Source: Octopus sinensis (Eukaryota). Taken from it: 64,000 nt of DNA. Within the stretch, counting starts at the first letter, position 1. Every line of letters begins with the position of its first letter. The position numbers and the translations under genes were made by a program. The stretch spans positions 114,452,001 to 114,516,000 of the forward strand of contig NC_043002.1 of the NCBI RefSeq assembly GCF_006345805.1, written 5' to 3'. Below are positions 11,823 to 25,200 of the stretch, piece after piece. A model generated the notes under the pieces. That model was given only the letters and a program-made list of their open reading frames with translations, made no database searches and was not told the origin of the DNA.

Positions 11823-12041
11823 ATCTTCTTGTATTATTATTACACATTTTAGATATAGAATACTGTATTGGAACATAAGCAGTTCACGCTACTTTATTTC
11901 ATCGACTACGGAAAGTAAAGAAAATGTAAAGTTAGTCTCGATAGGTTTTAAATTCAGAAGGTAACTGAATTTTGTTTGGGAATTTTTTCCAGTACGCTAC
12001 AATTCCTGGTAAATTAAACTCGCTTTGTCATACAAAATAAA

Positions 12042-12192
12042 GCGTAGCTGTGTGGTAAAAAGCTTCGTTCCCAACCACATGGTTCAGGGTTCAGTCCCAC
12101 TACGTGGCACTTTGGGCAAGTGTCTTCTATAGCCTTGGGCCGACCAAAGCTTTGTGAGTGGATTCAGTAGATGGAAACTGAATGAATCCCGT

Positions 12193-12243
<51 letters not shown>

Positions 12244-12435
12244 ACATGTGTGTTTCCCCACCACAACTTGACAACTGGTGTTGTGTTTACGTCCCCGTAG
12301 CTTAGCGGTCCGGCAAAGGAACCGATAGAATAAGTACCATACAAAACAAAAATAAGTCCTGCGCCGTATTGTTCGACTAAAATTCTTCAAGGCGGTACTA
12401 TTGCAGGACCGCAGTCAGATGACGGAAACATAAAA
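12042..12435 (+). mobile_element. SINE family A
   Basis: Aligns by eye to 4044-4452 and 46220-46629. Confidence 0.85.
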
Positions 12436-15324
12436 GAAAAAAATAATAGAGGTTGTATTTATCATACATTTATCGTATATCTCTCCATTTGTATAATGTC
12501 CAAGAATAATGATTTCCACTAATTATTTGTTTTGAAAGTAAACAATCAAGTATTAAGGTAAATAGTCCAAATAGCAATGTCCGTATCATGTTTTAATTTC
12601 CTATGCAACAATGGTAGTAACATGGCTTGCATGTAGAATGGGAGACGTTTTCCCGACGAGTCGAGTGCACAATTTGTTTTTGTACAAATTGGTTTTCTCT
12701 CTTGTGCAGCTAATACGTTGCTAATACCCATGGGAAAGATATAAACGTAAGTTGAAATTTCTGCCCACCACAAGTCATTGGTGTAAATGACACACCACAA
12801 GGTGTGTAAGTTAAATTTTATTTATTCAGTAACTTCAGGGGACAAAGGAACAAAAATACCCAAATGCACAGGAATCTAGGCTATCACAAGAGACTTTCGC
12901 AGAAGTCCTGACACCGATTCCTGAATTGTTTGTTAGAGATTTGTCTTCCACTGTAACACATTGCAGGCAAATAATATTCTAAGCTGTACCTAATTGCCGT
13001 TGAAGCCTGTAGGTAGGACAGAATTTCTCTACTGGAATGTGAAGACAATATTGTTTGCCAAAGGTTTCGGTCGTCTCGCTCAATCAGCTGCACGAACTTA
13101 CATGAAATATATAATGTTCTGATAAAAGACGTATTTGAAGTAATAAACTAATAGCTGGAATGTCAATACATTATCAAAAAAATAATATACTCTTTCAACG
13201 TAATATCCTCCCAATAGTATACCAATGTCATGGCAATCTAGATCTAGAAGTAGATACAATTGATTTATGTATATAAAAGTTTTAGTTACCAAGTTTTGCC
13301 ATTGAACATCGATCTAATAATAAGTGAAGGTCAATAAAATTCTACCGTGGTTACTTGAAGTGAAGAAAACTGTTGGAACGGATGATAAACCGCGAAACTG
13401 TTGTAGTATAATAACGTTCAGCAATTGAGTAAGTTTACTTCTGTTGAAGTTTGAAAAAAGTTGACGTGGATACGTTTTGTAGAAGTTGATTACAACAATT
13501 ATATGAAATATTTTGCTAAAGAAGACAGTTAATCTGCGATTTTCGTTTTAATTCGGTGAGACGTTATATATAATGTTCAGGCTGCAGTTACGAAAAGAAA
13601 ATGTAATGACCGAGTAAACTTGTATTCCATCTGAAGTTTGAATTTGTAGTCCTCGGAAAAACACTTAGCCTACTTGACAGGCTTTTCTTAAGAGTTATTA
13701 GTTTCTTCTAATTGACATCTGGAATAACCGAGGCATTAAAGTACTGAACTAATTGCATCGTAGCATGTAATTTAGTTCCTCCTTGTTCCGAAATCAAGGC
13801 TGATTACCTTTAAGCATCAGACAAAATGTACGTGTAAGTCAAAATATACCATCTTCCAAACGTCAATTTTTGCCTTTTATTTCCCTAGAGTTATTTAAAT
13901 AAGAACCAGTTATACACCAAGATCGTTTTCATATAAAAACGTAACCTGAAAGCATTAAGTTTGTGCATAGTCAAAGTAAATTAAATATTGAGTTGCATAA
14001 AAGTGAGAAGAGAGTTTCCGAGAAGCTGAGCCAATCCTATTTTAATTCCGTTTGAAACCATTTCATTTCACTTATGCAACTAATACTTTTGGTACATCAC
14101 TACTTATATAATTCAGGTAGGTGGTGATGTACTGGGTCGGGTATACTGGAAAATAGTAAGAAAACATTAAATACAGCATCAGCGGCGCATAACCGTGTTG
14201 AATGTGTTAGAGACTTTCACCACCTGTAGGCAAAAAGTTACGAACATTTTCGTACCAGTAATTTGTATAATTGCAAACAATGAGCTAGGAGTGGCACAAA
14301 ATAACAATATACTAAATAAGAGATGAAGAAAGAAAAAGACAATGAATGATTTGAAATTTGCTTCTTAATTGGGAAGAGAAAACAAAGCCTAGCGGCAACT
14401 GTTGACACCTGTCAAAGGAAAGGAGAGATAATTTCAAGAAAAAGAAAATTTAGCAGAAGATAATTCTCTGAGAGAAAAATTAGATCTTTTGTTGACAAGA
14501 ATGGAGGTAGTTCCTAGAACGTTTCAGTCGTTTTAGACCTAACACGGCAGACGTAGTTGCCAAATATTTTTACAAATAAGAAGAGATTTACGCATATTTT
14601 TTTGTTGCAATTACGCATATTATTAATGCTGACTCTATCGTAATATATCTATAAAACCACAATTTTCTATTAACAGTACAGTGGTATATATGGTGTCATT
14701 TATCCGGAGGGCTGTCCCAGGTGTCAACAGAAAGGAAAAAAATGCATGGAAGATTAAGTTTTGCAATCCTTTGTACTGCGAATGCGCAGCTGATAAAAAA
14801 CGATATGAGCGTGTTAAGAAGTTTCAGGTGAGGCAAAGCAACGAGATTATTATATTAAGAGACTGTGTATAGGAACCAGAAGAAAAAGAATACATGTGTG
14901 TGTATGCGTGCGTGAAATATTCAGTAGAACTTGGTGTGTAAATGAAACAAGTATATAGTAGCAAGTTAACAAACATAATATAATCTGATTAGTCTAGAAT
15001 CAGAAGAAAAACCTAGTGAGAGATTTTGTTTATATTTTTACAGCTCGACAGAGAGTGGGGTTTATTCCCGTAGGTTTCTGCATACGTTGATCAGCTTGTG
15101 GCACGAACAACAGCAGATTAGGCAAAGAAATTTTAGCAGCTTCGTAAATATGTTTCAGTTGCGTAAATAGGAGAGGTGTGAGAAAGAAATTAAAGAGGTT
15201 GAAGATGTTTACTAAGACAATAAACAAAATGTAATAATTTCAAATGAATTAACAGAGAAATAAACCGTTGAAATATCTGACAAGGAAATTTAGTCTTTCC
15301 TGATTTGTATTATAAGTTAAGGCA

Positions 15325-15707
15325 GGAGGCGCAATGGCCCAGTGGTTAGGGCAGCGGACTCGCGGTCATAGGATCGCGGTTTCGATTCCCAGACCGGGCG
15401 TTGTGAGTGTTTATTGAGCGAAAACACCTATAGCTCCACGAGGCTCCGGCAGAGGATGGTGGTGATCCCTGCTGTACTCTTTCACCACAACTTTCTCTCA
15501 CTCTTACTTCCTGTTTCTGTTGTACCTGTATTTCAAAGGGCCGGCCTTGTCACTCTCTGTGTCACGCTGAATATCCCCGAGAACTACGTTAGGGGTACAC
15601 GTGTCTGTGGAGTGCTCAGCCACTTACACGTTAATTTCACGAGCAGGCTGTTCCGTTGATTCGGATCAACCGGAACCCTCAACGTCGTAACCGACGGAGT
15701 GCTTCCA
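15325..15707 (+). mobile_element. tRNA-derived SINE, family C, with 14-bp TSD
   Basis: Head tggcccagtggttagggcagcgg...ggtttcgattccc (A and B boxes). TSD tat(a/g)agttaaggca at 15311-15324 and 15708-15721. Confidence 0.9.
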
Positions 15708-15971
15708 TATGAGTTAAGGCAACTTTCAAATGAATGCAGATCCGCCCTCACACTCCCCCATACTCATGTGTGTACGTGTGTGCGTGCGTGAGTGGATAAG
15801 GTGTAGAACAGAAATGACTCTATGATACATACATAGGCGAAACTCGAGAATCAAAATATTGAACACCACACACACACACACACACACACACAGATATGTA
15901 TATCTAATCGAAATTAGTGTTTTTATAAGAACGCAAGCATTAACTGAACAAAGGACTCACTACATGTGTAA

Positions 15972-16266
15972 TCTTTATATATAAAAGTGAGGTTGTGTGT
16001 CTGTCTTCTACGATTTAGATTCCTAACTACTCCCACATTTTGCGGTGCAGTTTAACCAAAACCGGGTATCTTATAGTCGTGATTCATATCGATCCCTTCT
16101 GGGTATTAGCGCGCGTCTACGATGAGTCTACGATTAAAAAAAAATTACCATAATTTTTTTTCCATTTTTAATGAATTTTTTTGCTATTTTTTGGCTATAA
16201 CTCTCTAAAAATGCTTATATAGTTATTTCCCTTACAAACCCGAGCAACGCCGGGCGATACTGCTAG
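15972..16266 (+). mobile_element. Non-autonomous Helitron
   Basis: A|TCTTTATATATAAA at the 5' end, subterminal hairpin cccgagcaacgccggg and a CTAG|T 3' end. A second copy starts at 19234. Confidence 0.8.
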
Positions 16267-16794
16267 TAAAATATATTTCTAATTTTCTTTTAGCAATGAC
16301 TTGAAGTTTAGCCTGTAAAATTTAGGGTCCTTCGTTGGGTTTAGTCTTATTATATTCGATGAAAGAAAGAATAGAGAAAATAGTTTAAATGAGCAGAATT
16401 AGATTTAAGTAAGAAGATAACAATTAGCACAATGTTATTCAATTCTTAATAGAAAGGTTAATTAATGAGATAGGGCTTAGAAATAGTACAAAGAAATTAT
16501 TGAAAGGACATGGTTAAGGATTGATGGTTGTAATAAATTGTGAAGTAGCCTTCTTGAAGGAAGTTTTCGGGGCATCATATATTAGTTTCATTATAGGCTT
16601 GGAGAGCAAGGTGGAAACATATCTTCATATAACCACGCCAACGTACATTCCCAGATATATATATATATACATACATATGCACACATGTATATACACACAT
16701 ATATAAATCACCTTATTTTGAAATTGTATGGATAATACCGTACTAAATTCTGGTGCCTCAACTTAAGTACTTAATTCATCTGAATCTAAATTTT

Positions 16795-16835
<41 letters not shown>

Positions 16836-16836
<1 letters not shown>

Positions 16837-17235
16837 GCGGAGTAAGTACATAAATGTGAAACAAGGTGGAAAAAAGAGTACTCAGATACTAGAGGTAGAG
16901 TAATGTGCTTTATTTAAAAACAGCAGAAATATATCAAAAGCTGTTACTCAGAGTTTCACGTTCCCGCTCGTCGGACAGTTATGTCAAAAGGGAACAGAAT
17001 TAACGATATAATCAAAATTAGTTAAAGGATACACCTTTAAAAATGGATTTGTTTCATTGGTTGTTTCAGTTAACGGTCTTAAGCATGCAATGAACAAAAT
17101 AAATGAATTCAATATAAATTCATCCTATTGCAAAATCGAAGAAAACCTAAAATCGAAGATCGGATTCAAAATACATATTGCAAATAATTATATACAAAAT
17201 ATAAGTAAATTAATACATTAAAATAAAAAATTTCC
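16836..17235 (-). mobile_element. PLE pLTR copy (same family as 1173-1450)
   Basis: cggagtaa..cataaatgtgaaacaaggtggaaaaaagagtactc is shared with 1173. Follows a (TA)n tract. Confidence 0.75.
16941..16978 (-). ncRNA. Minimal hammerhead with variant core CCGACGA
   Basis: cugu CCGACGA gcg ggaa cgu GAAA cucugag UA acag. Confidence 0.6.
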
Positions 17236-17264
17236 ATGCTGCCCAAGGTGCCGCGCAGTGTGAT

Positions 17265-17640
17265 TGGACATTATCAAAGAAGCTTGAGAGGCGGGTGGAT
17301 GGAACTTACACTCGCCTCCTTTTTGAGAGCTCAAAATCTCTCGTGGAAGCGTCATCCAACCAAAGTACAAATATATGGGAAACTACCACCTGTGTCATCT
17401 CTTGTGAAAGATAGAAGAGTCCAGTTTGCTGGATATTGTTGTAGAGCTGAAAGCGAGGTAATTTCTACTCTTCTCCTCTGGAAGCCACCTGCTCGCGATA
17501 CCAGAGGGCGCACACTCTCCTACCCTGATGTAATCTCCAGGGATACAGGCATCCAGCAACAGAACCTCCGTAATGCTATGATGGACCGTAAGTTCCATTG
17601 TCTCGACCACGGTCGAACGATGATGATGATGATGTGATGC
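17265..17640 (+). mobile_element. RTE/RTEX-like LINE 3' fragment with (ATG)n tail
   Basis: LRAQNLSWKRHPTKVQIYGKLPPVSSLVKDRRVQFAGYCCR..LLLWKP..RTLSYPDVISRD followed by (tga)n. Confidence 0.7.
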
Positions 17641-17719
17641 AAGCGTCTTACAACAGTCACGCCTGTATATATTTTGCAGCAGTATATACCGATACTAGAC
17701 CATCCACAATATACACTGT

Positions 17720-18070
17720 TGTTGTTGGCATCCTTTTTGTCTCGGGAGACAATGGAGTTGCGCATAAAAGAATCTAGTCCGCTTTTTACATTTCATGTCC
17801 TAATACATCTCTGCTGTGGCTGTGTAGTCCATCCTGGACAACACTCCTCTGGCAGGTACCGCAAATGTAGCGAAGACTTTGCCTGTCGTAGTTCTTGTTG
17901 ACGTCTTTTCCTGTCTTTCCATTTCTCCTCTCTCCCTCTGTCACTCCTTTGTGTTCCCTCTTTTACGGTACATCGCCAATCTCCACGGTTGCTGGCAATT
18001 GCTTCCCAGTTGCTAATATTGATGTCGCAGGTCTTCATGTCCCTTTTGCAAACATCATTGTATCGTAAGA
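17720..18070 (-). mobile_element. RTE-clade LINE 3' fragment
   Basis: LRYNDVCKRDMKTCDINISNWEAIASNRGDWRCTVKEG, a typical RTE ORF C-terminus. Confidence 0.75.
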
Positions 18071-19169
18071 ACAATATACATATATACATCAAAATACACA
18101 GATGCTGCACATAGCTACATACATTTACGGCATATATATGTAAGATATATAGGCACAAACACATATACACATATACATACATGCACCCACCCATACACGC
18201 CCATAAAATTCTCTTGGTGTATACATATACTATTTTTCTTTACTACCCACAAGGGGCTAAACACAGAGAGGACAAACAAGGGCAGACACACGGATTAAGA
18301 CGATTATATCGACCCCAGTGCGTAACTGGTACTTATTTAATCGACCCCGAAAGGATGAAAGACAAAGTCAACCCTCGGCGGAGTTTGAACTCGAACGTAA
18401 CGGCGGACGAAATACGGCTACGCATTTCGCCCGGCGTGCTAACGTTTCTACCACTCGCCGCCTGGTGTATACATATACAAGTTGTTATAACAGACAAGAG
18501 AGATAGGAAGTGTATCTTAAACGTAGGGAGGGAGAAAGAAAAAGAAAAGAGGAAGCCTGAACGTAACAGCTAGGCGAACGAAAGAGGGAAGGGGAACAGG
18601 TCTTCATGTCCCTTTTGCAAACATCATTGTATCGTAAGAACAATATACATATATACATCAAAATACACAGATGCATGCACATAGCTACATACATTTACAG
18701 GCATATATATGTAAGATATATAGGCACAATTACACATATACACATATACATACATGCACCCAACCATACACGCCCATAAAATTCTCTTGGTGTATACATA
18801 TACATATTTCTTTACTACCCACAAGGGGCTAAACACAGAGAGGACAAACAAGGGCAGACACACGGATTAAGACGATTATATCGACCCCAGTGCGTAACTG
18901 GTACTTATTTAATCGACCCCGAAAGGATGAAAGACAAAGTCAACCTCGGCGGAGTTTGAACTCAGAACGTAACGGCGGACGAAATACGGCTACGCATTTC
19001 GCCCGGCGTGCTAACGTTTCTACCAGCTCGCCGCCTGGTGTATACATATACAAGTTAGTTATAACAGACAAGAGAGATAGGAAGTGTATCTTAAACGTAG
19101 GGAGGGGAGAAAGAAAAAGAAAAGAAGAAGCCTGAACGTAACAGCTAGCGAAAGAAAGAGGGAAGGGGA
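18028..19169. repeat. ~570-bp tandem duplication (18028-18596 / 18597-19169), each copy containing a SINE B
   Basis: Near-identical copies that differ mostly by 1-2-nt indels. Confidence 0.9.
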
Positions 19170-19233
19170 GAGTTGAAGAGGACCGCATTGTTTAAGGTGG
19201 GTCTCAAAGTGACGAACAGGGAGAGAAAGGATA

Positions 19234-19619
19234 TCTTTATATATAAAAGTGAGGTTGTGTGTCTGTCTGTCTCCTACGATTTAGATTCCTAACTACTCCC
19301 CACTTTTGCGGTGCAGTTAACCAAACCGGGTATCTTATAGTCGTGATTCATCGAGCCCTTCTGGGTATTACCGCGCGTTACGTAGTCTATCGATTTAATA
19401 TTACCATCATTTTTTCCATAATGCATTTTTTTCGCTATTACATAAGGGAAGTAACTCTCTAAAAATGTCTACGATGAGTCAACGATTTAAAAAAAAATTT
19501 ACCATAATTTTTTTTTCCCTTTTTATGCATTTTTTGCTATTTTTTGGCTATAACTCTCTAAAAATGCTTATATAGTTATTTCCCTTACAAAGCCGAGCAA
19601 CGCCGGGCGATACTGCTAG
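19234..19619 (+). mobile_element. Non-autonomous Helitron (copy 2, with an internal duplication)
   Basis: A|TC start, ccgagcaacgccgg hairpin and CTAG|T end. Confidence 0.8.
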
Positions 19620-20249
19620 TTTTACTTAAAGAAAGAAAAAAGCGAGATAGATGATGGAATATGTGTAACAAACGTACACATAAAATAAAATTACACACAC
19701 ACACATATATATATATACATAAGTATATATTAGCATATAAATACACATATAAGATCACGTATAAAGATATATGGAAATATGCACGTAAATACAAATCCAC
19801 ACAAATATAAGTGTATACATGCATACATATACATCAATGTACGTATGTGTAAAGTATAAACATACACGCTTATTTACCCACATACACAGACGCACACATA
19901 CATATACATATGCATGCCTACAACACACACATCCACATAAAAACATATATAGGTCCTAACGTATATATGCAAACAACTTTTTAAAAAATTGCTGAGTGTA
20001 TAATAATAAAAATCGGATAAAAGACACGCAAAATGGAACACCATATATCGAATTATCTATAAATATAACGATTAAATGGGTTTGTAAAATACAATAAAAT
20101 GGAATAAAAATAAAATCTTAAACATGAGGATAATATATACATATAACAGTCGAAGGTTTTCTTAAGAAATACGTCGAAATATTATAAACAATATCTTTGC
20201 GATGCGAAATAACCATGCCTTACAAAATTTCTGTTCCATTTTAACAAAA

Positions 20250-20287
20250 CTGTCCGACGAACGGGAACGTAAAACTCTGAGTAACAG
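20250..20287 (+). ncRNA. Degenerate minimal hammerhead in a PLE pLTR (~19950-20325)
   Basis: cugu CCGACGA acg ggaa cgu AAAA cucugag UA acag, followed by AATAAA. Confidence 0.55.
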
Positions 20288-20370
20288 CTTTTGTTATATT
20301 TCTGTTGCTTTTAAATAAAGTGTATATATATAAATAAAGTGTGTGTGTGTATATATATATATATATGTAT

Positions 20371-20401
<31 letters not shown>

Positions 20402-20444
20402 CTTAACGTCCATCTTCCATGCACTTATATGTGTGTATATATTT

Positions 20445-20686
20445 TTTATCTTTTACTTGTTTCAACCATTTGACTGTGGCCATGCTGGGGTACCACCTTG
20501 AAGGGTTATATTCGAACAATTCACCCCAGGACGTATTGTTTTTAAGCCTGATACTTATTCTATCGGCCTCTTTTGCCGAACCTCTAAATTACAGGGACAT
20601 AAACATACCAACAACGGTTGTAAAGTAGTGGTGGTGGTGGTGGTGGGGAGACAAACACAGACAAACACAAAGACACGCACTAATAA

Positions 20687-20735
<49 letters not shown>

Positions 20736-20897
20736 AACACGACAGGCTTCTCACAATTTCCGTCTACCAATTTTACTCACAAGGCTTTGGTCAGCTGAGA
20801 CTACAGAAGAAAACGCTTGCTCAAGATGCTGCGCATTGGGATTATACCCAGAACCATGTGTCTGAGATGCAAGCGTCTTACAACACAGTTACGCCTA
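20445..20897 (-). mobile_element. SINE family A, diverged
   Basis: Reverse complement of the family A tail, body and head. Confidence 0.8.
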
Positions 20898-21094
20898 TAT
20901 ATATACACATATATACACGTATATGTATGTAGTCAGGTAGTAATACATGCAATTGCTTAAGGACATGCAGTCCTTAAGTTACATATATATTAGTGTATAT
21001 GGGTACGCGTATAATACGTATATTCATGCATTAGGAGTGTGTGTGTATGTATTCATGTATGTAAGTATATATGTGTACATGTATGTTATTAGTT

Positions 21095-22298
21095 TTTATT
21101 TCTAGATTTCTCGCTAAAGGATAAAGAGCTAGTTTGTAAACCTTGCTTCAAAGCACTTTCATTGGAATTTCAACATCAAAATGGTATTTGTGTATGACGC
21201 TTGAGTCTGTGCAAATATTTGGAGCAAGTGCATTTTCAGATCTGGATGTTCCGTTTCATGTATATACGGTCATACAAACAGTTCAATGTTGTTCCATTGA
21301 CGGTTTGTATTTTAAGTCTTCTAACAACCTTTCTGCTTGGTTCTAAGGCAGTTGCTTATATATTATATATCCTAGTGCCTCAATAATTATGGGTATAAGT
21401 TTGAACTTGTAATCCGAGTAGAGTAGCTGTTAACTTCTCAGCGCTTCAGTGTAGGTATTTTCTTTCTTCGCTTATCTTTAGTTTTATTTTGACATCGGCT
21501 GGGCAACTGATTTCCACTACTGTACATAGTTTGACTTCTGTCCAAAACTACTATGAAGGATCTATTTACATTTTATTGAAGTTTTCACTTTCCCTATTAT
21601 GAGTGTTTATGGTCTATACCGCACCGTGGATTTTTATATGCTTGCTCGCAGGATTATGTAGGTATATATGCCATTTATTTCAAGATTTCTAGTCAATAGA
21701 GAAAGAACCGGTCTCTAACCTAGATCCAAGACTCCTTCATTGGAATTTCAACATCAACAACAGGATATTTTTATGTATGTATGCATGTATGTGTGTGTGT
21801 GTATGTATGTATGTATGTATGTATGTATGTATGTATGTATGTATGTATGTATGTATGTATGTATGTATGTATGTATGTATGTATGTATGTATGTATGTAT
21901 GTATGTGTGTGTGTTTGTATGTATGTATGTATGTATGTATGTATGTATGTATGTATGTATGTATGTATGTATGTATGTATGTATGTATGTATGTGTGTAT
22001 GTTTGTATGTATGTATGTATGTATGTATGTATGTATGTATGTATGTGCAGATTTGTATGTTTTATGTATGTATTCTCATATAGTTTCATATCTAGACATG
22101 CTCATATATATTTAAAGGATAAACTTCTGGAAAGTTTTACAGATTTTTACAGTTCCAGTGATGGATCTGTAGCTTTCTCCTTTCTGGTCTTGAGAAGCTT
22201 AATTTCTCAAGATTGGTATTTAGGCAGTGTGTTACATATCCCAGGGCTCCAATAATTACAGGTATAAACCCGAACTTGTAATCTGGATAGAGTAACTG
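21095..22298 (-). mobile_element. Two tandem 3' remnants of the (CATA)n-associated RLE LINE
   Basis: 21400-21545 translates EVKLCTVVEISCPADVKIKLKISEE... (PD-(D/E)xK region). The terminal segment is repeated at 21095 and 21675. Confidence 0.7.
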
Positions 22299-25200
22299 CC
22301 TGGTGCGTTATGACCTGCTGTTTTTTCAGTAGGTGGAAGCACCACCAGGTTTGTCTGGTATGTTATGACCTGCCAGACTCAGTGTGTGGATGCGCCATCG
22401 TGACGCCTGCTTTTGCGCCTGGTGTGTTATGACCCGCTGTTTTCCGGTAGGTGGATGCACTGCCAGGCTTTACCCTTATGGACACTTCCTTGACATGGTG
22501 AAAGAGCTTACGTCCGTATGGGGACCTATGCCAGATAGGTTCGACCATGCCGGATAGGTTCCCTCATTCTCGACAAACTAAATGTGTCCTTCTTCTTCAT
22601 AGCGGTGCCAATTTATTTGGTGGGGACCTTGCAGTATATGAAGTATGGGCCTCCCTGCTAGGGTTGGTAGACTTCCGCTGGTCTGCCGTCTAGGTGTCCC
22701 GAGCCGGCTAGTCAGATGCCGGCCCGGCTTAATTAGACTTCACTTGGGTGTAGTGTCGCGTTGGTTCCCAGCGGAACTGTAGCGATTTACTGGTTCGATT
22801 CATCATTATCATACAACACAGGGTGGGGTGGGGGCTTGGTTGTCTGGGTGGGTCGAGCTTAGGCTTTTTTGTTTCGTCTTATTTGGGAGGTTCTTTGGCA
22901 TGTCAGGCGGTTCCTATCTAGGGACCGGTAGATGCAATCAGGTCCGGTTGGCAATGCCTGGTACGTTATGACCCGGTGTTGGTGGTGAGTAGAGGCCCGG
23001 TGCATTATGACCTGCTGTCTTTTCAGCAGGTGGATGTACCACCAGGTTTGTCTGGTATGTTATAACCTACCTGTTTCAGCGCCACCATGATGCCTTTTGA
23101 CGTCTGGTGTGTTATGACTTGCTGGCTCAGGTGGGTGGATGCACTGCCAGGCGGAATCCTCCGTTGCACACATTTCTGGTGTTAGTCAGTTGGTCGGAGG
23201 GTACACTGGATGGTTAGACGGTAGCTGCTTGCTCTTCCTGGGGTGGGTTCTGCACCTCCTTTAAGTTCAACTTAATGATTTCAGCCATGTGCTCATGGGA
23301 AATGCCGCTCAGTAGATTTAATGAATAATGATATTTCAAAAACATACGGCAGCCAGGCGCCGTAAAACTGGTGACCCGCGGGTTAGGGACGGGGCCCACT
23401 AGTCAGGTTGGGCGTGTGACCTCCCCACGCTCGGCCGATGTGCAACCTTCCCCCGTGGAGGACAATGGACCATCTCCTCTACGCCGTACAGTTAGTGGTC
23501 TAATAGATAACGACCTCGTCATCGTCGGATGTCGCGTGTTGCGCCCGACGCTGACACACACTAGAAGTAGACAGGGTTTGTTCGTACTGAACTATCCGAC
23601 ACACACTCTGGTAGTTAGGGGTTCCCAGCTTCCGCCGGACTTGGCTCAAGACCCCTTCCATGACAATCACTCTCTTATTTTAGAAGCGGTCCGAGAGGAG
23701 GATGTGGGGTATCAAGCCCCACTCCGGCGGGAGACGAGTTGTCCTTACCTATACCCTGCGCGTCCTGCTCCATAGCCTGTCCGCTATATCCTCAGCGCTT
23801 CTTTTTCCCCGACGTTGGGGGAAACATATAGATCGTGGGCACGGAGGGGGGGTCTACAAATGCCATAAGTGTGATCGGGAGAGCGGAGACTTTCATTCTC
23901 TGAGGTGTCACGATGGCAAGTGTGGTGGTGCATCTGGTGTGCCTGCCTCTGGCTCTACTCAGTCGTTCTTCGAGTGTGACCACTGCAGCCGTCCTTTTTT
24001 GACGGCTGTAGATCGATCGCAGCACGTGCGCCATAAGCATCCTGTTGCCGCCAATGAGCACAGGATTGCTGCTCATAAGGTGCAATTGGCTAGGAATCGA
24101 GCAGCTGCTGCCGAGGCCTCTGGCCGAAGATGCAGGGGCAGCTGGTCAGACGAGGAAGTAGCGATCCTCGCCGAGAATGAGGCTGAGTTATTGGTAGCCG
24201 GGGTTAGACATATCAGTGTAGCATAACGCGGTTCCTGCTGGGCAAAACTGCCAAACAGGTAGGAACCGAGAGGGCAGCTCTGGTCAAAAGAACTCGCGAG
24301 AGTCTTCAAGGGCCAGGGCTGTCTGCTGCCGACTCCCACTCACAAGTCGAGGACAAATCTTCTCCTTGTCCTGACTGGAGAGATCGATTCCTCGACGCTG
24401 CATGTCCTGGGCATACCCGTTGGTCGGCGGTTTTCTCCGAGGCCCTATTGGAACACATGGAAGGCGCGACTTCGGGAGCCTGGGATTCTTTTGTTAAAAG
24501 CGTGTTGGACTAGGCGGAGCATAATAAGCTGCGCAGGGAGGAGACTACCGGGGGGGGGGGGGTTGTAGAGTTAGGAATGTCGATAGGTCTAGGTTTCGAC
24601 GGCGGGCTAAATTAGCTCGTTATGCCCGTCATCAGAACTTGTTTCATAAAGATAGGAAGAAACTCCTTGCAGTAGTACTTGGCGATGATGCCGAGCAGGG
24701 GTGCCCAATCCCTATGCCTGCTATAGAGTCCTTCTGGAAGGGAAGGCTCTCCACTTCAGGTCTAGCGGTGGATCTCTCCGTCTATCCGGCCTCCTCCCAG
24801 GTGGATAACGGTCCTATTTTGCGGCCGTTCTCCGTGGAGGCGGTGAAAATTAGTCGGAGACAGATTAATCCCTCCTCAGTGGCGGGTCCAGATGGACTTA
24901 GTGTTCGTGAGACTAAGTTCATGGATCCGTGCATTCTGGCCAATGTATGTAACTGCATGTTGCCGGCCGGGAAAGTTCCCTCATAGCCAAGAGGACGGAC
25001 GATCCTATGGATCTTACCAATTGGCGACCTTTGACGATATGTGCAGCGGTGTATCGTCTGTTTTCGAAAATGGTCGCCAAAAGAATGCTTCTGGTAACCC
25101 CCCTGAATCCTGCACAACGCGGATTTATCCGGGCTGACGGCTGCAGCGAGAATTCTTTTCTCCTGTGGCAGTTGGTCAGCCGCGCGATGAGGCCAGCACG

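Noticed and set aside
12546-13292. Cys-containing minus-strand ORFs as a host gene
   Set aside because: Short frames, no recognisable domain and no consistent splice pattern.
15325-15400. tRNA gene
   Set aside because: A and B boxes are present, but the sequence continues into a SINE body with a TSD and has no complete acceptor stem.
22500-23450. HDV-like ribozyme or SECIS in the R2 5' region
   Set aside because: I found no nested double pseudoknot by eye, and the AUGA hairpins lack the apical AA and the helix length of a SECIS.
24980-24992. TAGCCAA resembling the R2 28S target
   Set aside because: A 7-bp match inside the RT region with no flanking rDNA.
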